The translations under genes were made by a program, and so were the position numbers. Of a DNA stretch of 64,000 bases, positions 43,690 to 51,747 are shown in pieces. The notes beneath the pieces were generated by a model, which was not told where the DNA came from, ran no database searches, and worked only from the letters and a program-made list of their open reading frames with translations. The stretch is from the sequence record PP496443.1. One strand, given 5' to 3'. The stretch's first letter is position 1, and each line of letters starts with the position of its first letter.

Positions 43690-44613
43690 ATGACCAAAAG
43701 TACTTCAGCTAACCAGAAGCAATTGAAAGACGTAGTTAGCTCACCGAAGCCATTCAATACAAAGCTAGAGCTGTATGTAGAAGATCATTTGTATTTCGAT
43801 ACGAAGAAGCCGTCGATCAAGGCGTCTTTCTCCGAGCTGGGGTTACAGCCGTTCGCCAAGGCACCGTCCAAAGGGTTCATCCCTAATCTGTCCAAGCTGG
43901 CCCGCTCCACCAACGGACCCGAACTGTTCCAGCATCTGGGCTCCCTCACCCAGAACCTAGATGCCAGCCAACTACGGCTGCTGTCCGTGGTGTTCAACAA
44001 CATGGCGAAGATGGAAGCCCATGGCTTGAACTTCGGCCAGAAGGTGTACGTCAACGTTTCAAGCCCGCGCATCGAGTTCGTCGAGTGCTACGTCGAGGCC
44101 ATTGTGATCGGCGTCGAGTCGGAACATCCAGAGTCCCCGGTGTTCCTGAGCGTAGCCTTCGAGAAGATGGCGGCAGATGCTCCGATGTGTTGGTCAATGC
44201 CCACCAGTTCTTTCCTGACCGAACGCCAGTTCCGGCTGCTGCGTAAGAGGCTGCGTGCGGAAGGCAAGACCAGTGTACCGGACAAGATTCGCAAGGAACA
44301 CTTGTGCTGGGAACGCGAGAACTTCGGTAAGCCGTCGAACCGGTTGTCCGTTGACGAGACTGTTCAAACCATCGACACCGTCTCGGAGGACTGGCTCAAC
44401 AGCAACGTCCTCTCTCTGCTCGATCCGTATGTGGATCCGACAGCACTGGAAGAGACCGAAGTGGCCGATGTCGAAGTGGTTGAAGAGAAGAAGACGCGAA
44501 CCCGTGGTCCACGGAATCGTCGTGCAGAAGATAAGCAGACGCTTAGCCAAACTAAGGTCAAGTCGTCTGGTTCAGTGAAGATGAGCAACAACAGCATCTC
44601 CATCGTTCACTGA
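43690..44613 (+). CDS. Hypothetical protein (307 aa)
   Basis: ORF in the operon; no motif recognised. Confidence 0.75.
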   Translation: MTKSTSANQKQLKDVVSSPKPFNTKLELYVEDHLYFDTKKPSIKASFSELGLQPFAKAPSKGFIPNLSKLARSTNGPELFQHLGSLTQNLDASQLRLLSVVFNNMAKMEAHGLNFGQKVYVNVSSPRIEFVECYVEAIVIGVESEHPESPVFLSVAFEKMAADAPMCWSMPTSSFLTERQFRLLRKRLRAEGKTSVPDKIRKEHLCWERENFGKPSNRLSVDETVQTIDTVSEDWLNSNVLSLLDPYVDPTALEETEVADVEVVEEKKTRTRGPRNRRAEDKQTLSQTKVKSSGSVKMSNNSISIVH

Positions 44614-44677
44614 TACCGATCCGCTGTATACCTTAAGTTGCTTATACCTTCAATACAACGAACCGAGATTCTGATAC

Positions 44678-45757
44678 ATGAAGATTACAAATGTGCATTC
44701 CACCCTACTCAATCTTGGAGTTAACCGATCACTGCTGGAGCAAGCGGTTCAGGTTACATTGAGTGCGTTGATGCGACTGATCTCAGTTGACGCATACTGT
44801 AAGAAGATGAAGAAAGACTTCGGCATCGTGATGAACACTCAAGTGTTCAACGACACCTTCGACAACGGCTACTATCTGAAACATGTCAAGCTTTATCTGG
44901 CGTGGTGTGTCGGCAAGAAGCTGACGGACAGCATCGACATCCGCCGGGCAGGTCGCCAGTTCGAACTGGACGCCAAAGATCGGCAGCTAATCAATCTGAT
45001 GAAACCCGCCGACCGCAAGATGGTACTGAGCAAGATCAATCCGGAAGTCGAACTGTACGCGTCTCCCAAGGTGATGGACATCAAGATTGGTGCGGCCATC
45101 GACTCGCTGACAGATCACATCGGCAAGTTCACCAACAAGAAGTTGACCTTCACCACGAAGGGTACTGGCCGGGATAAGGATGACGTGCACAGTGATCTTC
45201 GTATCGCCGCGTTGCGTGCCGCCTACAAGACCTACCCGTTCCAGCTGTGTGACTTGCATCTCATCAACTCGATGAAGTCTGCCATCCACAACGTCGGCAT
45301 CAACCTGATCCAGTCCGCCACGACCAAGAGTCGTCAAGTGATGGTCAAGGAAGATGATGAGTTCATCATGCTGCGCGAGAACTTCGACTTCTACGGCAGC
45401 CATAACGACGTGGCGTCGGTCGTGAGCAGTTGCGGGCTGGACGGGGGCGCCGCTATGGGCTCAGGCGGGTGTTCCACCACTGACAGCATTACGTATCAGC
45501 AGTTGGTGTCCCAAGTCAAAGGCCGGGCAGCACAGTTCCTCGTAATGCTGGCCGGTCACTACTCGGAAAGGTTCTCCGCGTACTTGCGACAGATCGGCAT
45601 CAACAAAGACAATGATGAATGGTCCCAAGCAGTTCTCACCGGTCGGCGCACGTCCATCCAGCGCTACTGTGAGATCATCGCAGACTATTGCAAAGTCCCC
45701 CACGAGATTGCCAACAAACTGCTAGCAGGTTATCGCCAGCAGATGGCTGTAATGTAA
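44678..45757 (+). CDS. Putative divergent sigma70-family factor
   Basis: DKDDVHSDLRIAALRAAYKTYP...LHLINSMKSAIHNVGINLIQSATTKSRQ resembles sigma region 2.2-2.4 spacing. Confidence 0.45.
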   Translation: MKITNVHSTLLNLGVNRSLLEQAVQVTLSALMRLISVDAYCKKMKKDFGIVMNTQVFNDTFDNGYYLKHVKLYLAWCVGKKLTDSIDIRRAGRQFELDAKDRQLINLMKPADRKMVLSKINPEVELYASPKVMDIKIGAAIDSLTDHIGKFTNKKLTFTTKGTGRDKDDVHSDLRIAALRAAYKTYPFQLCDLHLINSMKSAIHNVGINLIQSATTKSRQVMVKEDDEFIMLRENFDFYGSHNDVASVVSSCGLDGGAAMGSGGCSTTDSITYQQLVSQVKGRAAQFLVMLAGHYSERFSAYLRQIGINKDNDEWSQAVLTGRRTSIQRYCEIIADYCKVPHEIANKLLAGYRQQMAVM

Positions 45758-45768
45758 GGAGAGCTGTC

Positions 45769-45984
45769 ATGCCCCGTATCGTATTGCACCCCTCTGCAAG
45801 TAGTTGGTTCAACGGTCTGAAGTTCGCTGAGCGTCTGTATATCAGCGATGGATATACGCTCGATCAGATCGAGCACCACCTTGCCACAGAGAGAAATATC
45901 ATCCTGCTGGATGCAGAGTACCTACGGGGCGTTGATGACTATCTGGGATACGCCCGTGAAAATCTCCGGGCTGTCCATCACTAA
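45769..45984 (+). CDS. Small hypothetical protein (71 aa)
   Basis: AGGAG RBS, ATG at 45769. Confidence 0.65.
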   Translation: MPRIVLHPSASSWFNGLKFAERLYISDGYTLDQIEHHLATERNIILLDAEYLRGVDDYLGYARENLRAVHH

Positions 45985-46001
45985 TCAAAGAGGAAACGAC
46001 C

Positions 46002-46139
46002 ATGCGTCGAGCCCAACGTACGTCTCAAGGCTTCAAGAATGGTTCCCACAATCGCAAGATGAAGGACCACCGTAAACAACTCAACCAACCTCAAACCGAA
46101 GTACCGAAGGTTTGGGAAGCACTGGCGGAACTGGCATGA
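46002..46139 (+). CDS. Small basic protein (45 aa)
   Basis: Not in the ORF track: MRRAQRTSQGFKNGSHNRKMKDHRKQLNQPQTEVPKVWEALAELA; GAGGA RBS; ATGA overlap with the next gene. Confidence 0.55.
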   Translation: MRRAQRTSQGFKNGSHNRKMKDHRKQLNQPQTEVPKVWEALAELA

Positions 46140-46825
46140 AAGACTACACACTTATCGTAATCTCCGGCACGCATCGCACCGGCAAGACCACCATGATGCA
46201 GGAGTTCGTCAAACAGAACCCTGAGTTCCAGATACTGCCGTTCACTGTGACCAAAGTTTGGCACGACGTGTTTGGCGACCGCCCGTACACCATGGATCTT
46301 CACCCAGCAGACCGAGTGTTGTTCCAGTACGGGGTGCTCAATGCGTGGCATAAGTGTGTAGCAGAACATGTCTTACGTAATGGCAAGTGGGTTGTTGACC
46401 GAGGCCCCCTCGACTTCGCCACGTATATGCGCCTTGGACTGATCGACTGCATGGATCACGAAGTAAACCTGCAAGCAGAGCATTTCGTGCTCAACTGCAT
46501 CCAGGCCACGGCGGGGCTTGTCAGTTACGAAATCTTGGTCAGTCCTGTGCTGCACCGGATCAACGGGGATATGGTAGAGGATGACGTCACGAAGCTCACC
46601 GGCAAGGTGGGGTTGATGAACCAGACGGTGTTCCATTCCATCCTGCGCGACGTGGCCCAAGACACCATCCGGTCCAGCATCTGCAGCGGGTACTCGGTCG
46701 GGCAACTGATCAACTTGCAAGAGTTGCCTACTGAGATTGTTAATCTGGGTGATCGTGTCAATTGGCTGCGGGAGGTGATCGATGCCAAACAAAAAGGAAA
46801 GGCCCGCCTACAGCCAACCCGCTAA
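46136..46825 (+). CDS. P-loop nucleotide kinase-like protein (AAA_28/NadR-type)
   Basis: ISGTHRTGKTT Walker A; VVDRGPLDFATY. Confidence 0.8.
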   Translation: MKDYTLIVISGTHRTGKTTMMQEFVKQNPEFQILPFTVTKVWHDVFGDRPYTMDLHPADRVLFQYGVLNAWHKCVAEHVLRNGKWVVDRGPLDFATYMRLGLIDCMDHEVNLQAEHFVLNCIQATAGLVSYEILVSPVLHRINGDMVEDDVTKLTGKVGLMNQTVFHSILRDVAQDTIRSSICSGYSVGQLINLQELPTEIVNLGDRVNWLREVIDAKQKGKARLQPTR

Positions 46826-48317
46826 GGCGTTCTCCGTCGGCGTACGGTTACTGGGGCGCCTGTGGTGGGAGCCTGCCAGCGGCAAGCATCGGCGGTTCGC
46901 CACAGTCAATCTGCCCCACGCCGCGCTCACGCTGTACATGGCAGATAGTGCGGGTGGTACGCAACTGAGTGTGACCACTCGTCTGAGCCGCCGCACATCC
47001 AAGAAAGATAAGAAGCCCAAGTCCGCATACATCAATCTTGGCCATTATCTAGACTACCAACATGCCAGCAATTCAGCGCTCGGGAAGCTCAAAGAGTTTC
47101 TCGACAATAATCCGGAGCACTGTGTCATGCCTGAAGTCAACACCGCAACAAAGCTGGACATCACGCTGGATCAGATGAAGTCGTTACTCGACGCTGCCGG
47201 GGTGAAAGAACATACTGCTGACACCCTGTGCCGCGTGTTCATGCCGGTCCCAATCAAAGGTGATCCTACCGATGGTCAGTCCAAACTCTCCATTGCGCTG
47301 GCAAAGCTGACCGACGACATCGACGCGATCTCCGGGATGTTCGACGCGGCAGAAGGTTTTACCGCCATGGACTTCTGTCAGGCGGACGTGGCCTTCCAGA
47401 AGTTAATGCGACTGATCAACATCAAACCCCATGACCTGGACTCGGGTGGCGAAGAGATCAGCAAGTCGATCAATCGTTTGGTCACCAGCATGTGGCGGTT
47501 CAAGATTGATCCGGCACCCTATCTGCTGGAACTAGGTTTGGACCCAGATCAGTCCACTGTGCTTGCCATGGAGAAGAAGCTGGTGGAAGTGTACGACGAT
47601 GTTGAACCTGAGTTCACGCAGATGATGGAGTCCCAGTTGTCTAAGGCAGACATAGTTCGGGCTAACCAGCTTCGGTGGGGTTCAACAGACCTGAAACGTT
47701 ACTTGCGAGACAACGGGTTACATATCCGTATGATCTTTAGCGACCCCGACAAAACCCCCTACGTAAAACGGTCCGTGTTCGTGTGCGATCTTGATGTCGT
47801 CAGCGTGGACGCGTTGGTAGATTCAGGTATTCTTTCGGCTAGTACCACTGAGCCTGATCTCATGTACCGAGCTTTCAACAGTCAGACGTGGAACCGTAAG
47901 CAAGCTCGTTACCTAGTCATCCAGAAAGAGACGTGGGATTTCCTTGATGCCAAAGGGTTAGAGTCCTTGGAAATTGAGGTAGCAGGATTACAACCGCATG
48001 TACTGGAAGGGTATGTTACACCGGAAAATGGAGAGTGGCCGGAAGATGTTGCCAACTATTTGGTAGACCTGGGATTCCGGAAACACGGGCATGCAGGTAG
48101 TGAATGTTACGTCATGCGACAACCATCTGGGATTAGCAAGAACGATTTCATTCGTAATCTGATCGACGCCCGTATACTTCGGGTCGACGGTACAGGGCAC
48201 TATGCCAAAGTACGAGCCTTCACCGACGGTTTCAAGTCGAAGATTTACAAGTCCGACATCGATGAGTATCTGATCCTCCACGTTGACAACTGGCAGACGT
48301 CGTCCACGGCGCGCTGA
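46782..48317 (+). CDS. Hypothetical protein (511 aa)
   Basis: Long ORF followed by a terminator; no motif recognised. Confidence 0.75.
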   Translation: MPNKKERPAYSQPAKAFSVGVRLLGRLWWEPASGKHRRFATVNLPHAALTLYMADSAGGTQLSVTTRLSRRTSKKDKKPKSAYINLGHYLDYQHASNSALGKLKEFLDNNPEHCVMPEVNTATKLDITLDQMKSLLDAAGVKEHTADTLCRVFMPVPIKGDPTDGQSKLSIALAKLTDDIDAISGMFDAAEGFTAMDFCQADVAFQKLMRLINIKPHDLDSGGEEISKSINRLVTSMWRFKIDPAPYLLELGLDPDQSTVLAMEKKLVEVYDDVEPEFTQMMESQLSKADIVRANQLRWGSTDLKRYLRDNGLHIRMIFSDPDKTPYVKRSVFVCDLDVVSVDALVDSGILSASTTEPDLMYRAFNSQTWNRKQARYLVIQKETWDFLDAKGLESLEIEVAGLQPHVLEGYVTPENGEWPEDVANYLVDLGFRKHGHAGSECYVMRQPSGISKNDFIRNLIDARILRVDGTGHYAKVRAFTDGFKSKIYKSDIDEYLILHVDNWQTSSTAR

Positions 48318-48330
48318 CCGAGTGACCAAG

Positions 48331-48361
48331 AGCCCTGTGCCAGTACGGACGGGGCTTTTTT
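48331..48361 (+). terminator. Rho-independent terminator
   Basis: AGCCC...GGGCTTTTTT. Confidence 0.75.
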
Positions 48362-48378
48362 GCATCTGAAAATAAATG

Positions 48379-48408
48379 TTGCACGCCGTAATGCCCATGT
48401 GCTATACT
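48379..48408 (+). promoter_or_regulatory. Sigma70-type promoter with extended -10
   Basis: TTGCAC-N18-TATACT with TG upstream of the -10. Confidence 0.65.
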
Positions 48409-48453
48409 GGAATCACGGGAACTCCCCGCCACTATCCCACTGAGGAAAACGCC

Positions 48454-48717
48454 ATGACTACTACCCAGATGAAAGCCCCAGCCCGCCCGGTCCAGTATCA
48501 GGTCGCTGTCGCCATTTTCATTACGTGCACCGCAATCTCCGTCGTGATCGGTTTGCACCACTTGTTCTGGATGATGGTGTTCGGCTTCACCCCGGCAGGT
48601 GTGGTTGACTTTTCTTCACCGATCATCTTCGGCCATGCCAACGTCACCGCCCCACTCCTGATCGTCACGGCTCTGGTTGCCGTGTTCACTTGGCAGCTCG
48701 TTGACGTGGAGGCTTGA
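48454..48717 (+). CDS. Small two-TM membrane protein
   Basis: GAGGA RBS; two hydrophobic helices. Confidence 0.7.
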   Translation: MTTTQMKAPARPVQYQVAVAIFITCTAISVVIGLHHLFWMMVFGFTPAGVVDFSSPIIFGHANVTAPLLIVTALVAVFTWQLVDVEA

Positions 48718-48719
48718 TC

Positions 48720-49061
48720 ATGGGCCATCGCAGCAAGTTCCCCTCGCTGGACAAGCAGGCCCGTGAACTGGAAGCCATGCGCAAGTATCTGGGCTTGGGT
48801 ACATCGGTCGTCACCCCGCTAGTCGAACAGAATCTGGGTCCAGTCACCACTGTTAAGCGGGCAGGTTGGAACGTGAGCATGTGGATCATGCCGAAAGATG
48901 GATACGTCCCCGAGTTTCTGGAAGTGTTCATTACCCTCATGGACAGACAGCTCGCTTGGGACTCGGCGATTCAGTCGATCCCTAAGACCCACAAGCTGCA
49001 CTTCATCGTTGACTGCATCTACGTTTACGAAGTCAAAGAATGGCACCCGGAGAACAACTGA
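48720..49061 (+). CDS. Hypothetical protein
   Basis: GGAGG RBS; tight operon. Confidence 0.65.
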   Translation: MGHRSKFPSLDKQARELEAMRKYLGLGTSVVTPLVEQNLGPVTTVKRAGWNVSMWIMPKDGYVPEFLEVFITLMDRQLAWDSAIQSIPKTHKLHFIVDCIYVYEVKEWHPENN

Positions 49062-49318
49062 TGAATGCCCAAGAAAGAGCTGCACCCAAGTTCGTGATTA
49101 AGAAGGACGGCAAGTATCACGCCGGTTCTTCTTACGCCACGGGGTACGGCTACCGCAACAGCTGGAGCAAGACGATCGAGGCTGCACGAATCTTCGTCCC
49201 GGCAAACTCCCGTGTTAACAGTGACGCCGGTGCGCTTGAGAACATCGCCGCCCGGCTGAAAGGCAAGATCATTCAAGTTACCCTCAATGCAGCTAACCGA
49301 TACGTAGAGGTCCTCTAA
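49061..49318 (+). CDS. Hypothetical protein (85 aa)
   Basis: TGATG overlap with the upstream stop. Confidence 0.65.
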   Translation: MNAQERAAPKFVIKKDGKYHAGSSYATGYGYRNSWSKTIEAARIFVPANSRVNSDAGALENIAARLKGKIIQVTLNAANRYVEVL

Positions 49319-49319
49319 C

Positions 49320-49748
49320 ATGCAACTGACCAATCAGCAACTGACTGCCCGTGAAAAAGATTACTGCGTGAACCGCTTGAAAGGTTACCGCAATGAGATC
49401 AAGACGCTGCGCAACTGGGAGCATCGGGACAAGGTCAAGCGGCCGCATCGCGTCCCTAGTCTTCGTGCACAGCGCATCAATGACATCCGCCGGGCGGTGT
49501 TCTACCGAGGCATCCTGCGCGGCACCGTTGAACTGCCGCTTGCCAATCTGGGCCACAACCGATTCATCACGCCCGCCGTGCCACTCGGATACACCATCAT
49601 CCAGAACCGAGACGGCGTGTGGGGATGGGAGTCCGCCACTGCCCCCGAGTCGCATCGCAAGTCTGGCTTCGATATGTATCTAGTGGCGCTGATGGATTGC
49701 GTCCGGGCACAAGGTCCAACCTACGCGGCTGCTGCCGTATCGTACTAA
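49320..49748 (+). CDS. Hypothetical basic protein (142 aa)
   Basis: GAGGT RBS; followed by a terminator. Confidence 0.65.
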   Translation: MQLTNQQLTAREKDYCVNRLKGYRNEIKTLRNWEHRDKVKRPHRVPSLRAQRINDIRRAVFYRGILRGTVELPLANLGHNRFITPAVPLGYTIIQNRDGVWGWESATAPESHRKSGFDMYLVALMDCVRAQGPTYAAAAVSY

Positions 49749-49754
49749 CAGACA

Positions 49755-49785
49755 GCCCATGCGGTTTCGGCCCATGGGCTTTTTC
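49755..49785 (+). terminator. Rho-independent terminator
   Basis: AGCCCATG...CATGGGCTTTTT. Confidence 0.8.
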
Positions 49786-49791
49786 CTCTTT

Positions 49792-49798
49792 GTAAATA
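49792..49798 (+). promoter_or_regulatory. GTAAATR box
   Basis: GTAAATAGC directly after the terminator, before the start at 49827. Confidence 0.55.
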
Positions 49799-49826
49799 GC
49801 CCGCACAACCCAACTAGGTACACACA

Positions 49827-50318
49827 ATGAAATTTCCCACGACTAACGATGTAGTAGATATGCTGACCAACTCTGAATGGTATGTGATGACCATTGGCTG
49901 GGTACTCGTATTTTGGCTGTGTTGGACGGTCTCGTGGATCCTCTGGAATGTGGCGCTCCGCTTCCTCAAGTGTTATGCCAGAGGGTTTAGCTTTGGACTA
50001 CTGAAGGCTTACGTGGCCGTACTCTCTGGTGCGCCAATCCAGTACGTCCTGTTCTATCTCTTCGTTCAAGCTCTCTTAACTGACCCTTTCCATTTTATCC
50101 GAGAGGAAATGTTCGCCAGCACCCATTACTCCAGTATGACTCTGGCCAACGGCGGCACATGGTCCGGTACCTTCCAGTGGTACATCCGTAAGGGGATCAC
50201 CCGCAACAGCTGGAATGAGTGGGAAGCAGAGCGGCTGGTTAAGAAAGCCAAGCAAGCAGAAATAGATCGCCGCAACCGCGAAGACTATCTGCGTGATCCT
50301 GACAACTTCGACGTGTGA
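49827..50318 (+). CDS. Membrane protein (163 aa)
   Basis: Two to three hydrophobic helices and a charged C-terminus. Confidence 0.7.
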   Translation: MKFPTTNDVVDMLTNSEWYVMTIGWVLVFWLCWTVSWILWNVALRFLKCYARGFSFGLLKAYVAVLSGAPIQYVLFYLFVQALLTDPFHFIREEMFASTHYSSMTLANGGTWSGTFQWYIRKGITRNSWNEWEAERLVKKAKQAEIDRRNREDYLRDPDNFDV

Positions 50319-50327
50319 GACTGATCC

Positions 50328-50678
50328 ATGGATATCTCTTACCGCACTATCAGCTTCTCCACCCGCTTCCCCGACAGCGGCGGACCGATCAAGTTCTACT
50401 TCCTTGTGGTCGGCAAGGTGACCCGTGCCGACTTCACCGTGAGGTTCACGTACGAGTGCAAGCGTAATCGTGTGCGCCCAACTCTGAAGTTCCATGACAG
50501 CGTGTTCCTCGACATTCAAGGGCAAGGATTCCCTACGGGAGTCGGACTAGACGATACTGAGGAACGGCGACTCCAGAACATGTTCACGGAGCTGGCGCGT
50601 GAGATAAAGCTGCAAGTCACCCAGCGACTCAAGCAAGAGCTGCTGGAACACGTCAACGCTATCGAGATGCCTGTGTGA
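50328..50678 (+). CDS. Hypothetical protein (116 aa)
   Basis: ORF overlapping the next GTG start. Confidence 0.65.
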   Translation: MDISYRTISFSTRFPDSGGPIKFYFLVVGKVTRADFTVRFTYECKRNRVRPTLKFHDSVFLDIQGQGFPTGVGLDDTEERRLQNMFTELAREIKLQVTQRLKQELLEHVNAIEMPV

Positions 50679-51337
50679 ATATATTCTTCGTCCACGCTGA
50701 TCCTGTTATTGCCGCAAGCATGCTCTGCGACCAGCATGTGACCAAGATGATCACCGAGTCAATCCAGATGCTGTGTACGGCACATCGGTTCTTCGGTAAC
50801 GACAATATGCCTTACGAGTCGATGAACCCGAACCATCGGTGCAACATCTGGGTCCGGGAGTCCACTGAGAACTATCGGTGGTTGTGGCGCCACGCCCACG
50901 CGCTGGCGCTGGTGGCAGCGTCCCGATACGGGGCTGTACGCTCGCAGGCGGTGACTTTGTTGTCCCGACTGATCGATGCCCCGGCTGGCGTCGAACGCGG
51001 CGCCTTGACGATCCCAGCGGCTGCTATCAGTGAGCCGCCCGGTTCCCCAATCCCACCGGAGTACTTGCAAGCATGGCGTGAGAGTGTTGTGTGCTTCGAG
51101 TCTGCCGTCGTTGCTTATCGCCAATTCTATATTCAGCAGAAGTCTACATTCGCACGCTGGTCTGGATCAGCACCCGCATGGTATATCCAAGGTTTGCGGC
51201 AGTACAGACTTATGCACCGACTTCGTGAACGAGACCCTAAGCAACCGTGGCCGCGAGGTATGACCAAACCCGATACCCGTCTGCAGTTCCGGTCGCACCC
51301 TACCCTAAGTGATTGGAGGCACTTCCCTAATGAATAA
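50675..51337 (+). CDS. Pyrimidine-dimer DNA glycosylase (DenV/endonuclease V-like) family protein
   Basis: MNIF...AASMLCDQHVTKMITESIQMLCTAH...NHRCNIWVRES..NYRWL signature. Confidence 0.8.
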   Translation: MNIFFVHADPVIAASMLCDQHVTKMITESIQMLCTAHRFFGNDNMPYESMNPNHRCNIWVRESTENYRWLWRHAHALALVAASRYGAVRSQAVTLLSRLIDAPAGVERGALTIPAAAISEPPGSPIPPEYLQAWRESVVCFESAVVAYRQFYIQQKSTFARWSGSAPAWYIQGLRQYRLMHRLRERDPKQPWPRGMTKPDTRLQFRSHPTLSDWRHFPNE

Positions 51338-51348
51338 GAGGATCTTGT

Positions 51349-51624
51349 ATGACGACCCCATTGACTGACTCTGAACTTCAGATGCTGGTTACGGCTGCAC
51401 GTGATCAGATGGCTGACGTGATCACCCGACACTTGCGCACCGTACTGCTGCCCCAGCATACCGGAACAGAGGCGGAACAAGCTCGTATCGTGGCAGAGGA
51501 CTCCGGGATCGATCTGATCCAACTGGTGTTCCTCCTGAATGGAGATTCGGCCAAACTGTCCACGCATAAGCTGCTTGAGATTGCCATTCGACTCCGCTTG
51601 CGTCCCGTGTTCACCCTGACCTGA
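51349..51624 (+). CDS. Small XRE/HTH-like DNA-binding protein
   Basis: QARIVAEDSGIDLIQLVFLLNGDSAKLSTHKLLEIAIRL resembles HigA2-type HTH. Confidence 0.5.
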   Translation: MTTPLTDSELQMLVTAARDQMADVITRHLRTVLLPQHTGTEAEQARIVAEDSGIDLIQLVFLLNGDSAKLSTHKLLEIAIRLRLRPVFTLT

Positions 51625-51638
51625 TCTAGCGTCACCCT

Positions 51639-51675
51639 AACCCCGCCCGGCCATTGTGCTGCGCGGGGTTTTTTC
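51639..51675 (+). terminator. Rho-independent terminator
   Basis: AACCCCGC...GCGGGGTTTTTT. Confidence 0.8.
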
Positions 51676-51700
51676 GTCTCCACCATTCACTTTCGCTCTG

Positions 51701-51707
51701 GTAAATA
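51701..51707 (+). promoter_or_regulatory. GTAAATR box
   Basis: GTAAATAGC between the terminator and polA. Confidence 0.55.
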
Positions 51708-51747
51708 GCACGCATGAAAGTCCCCGTTTTTGAAGAGGGTAACCTGT

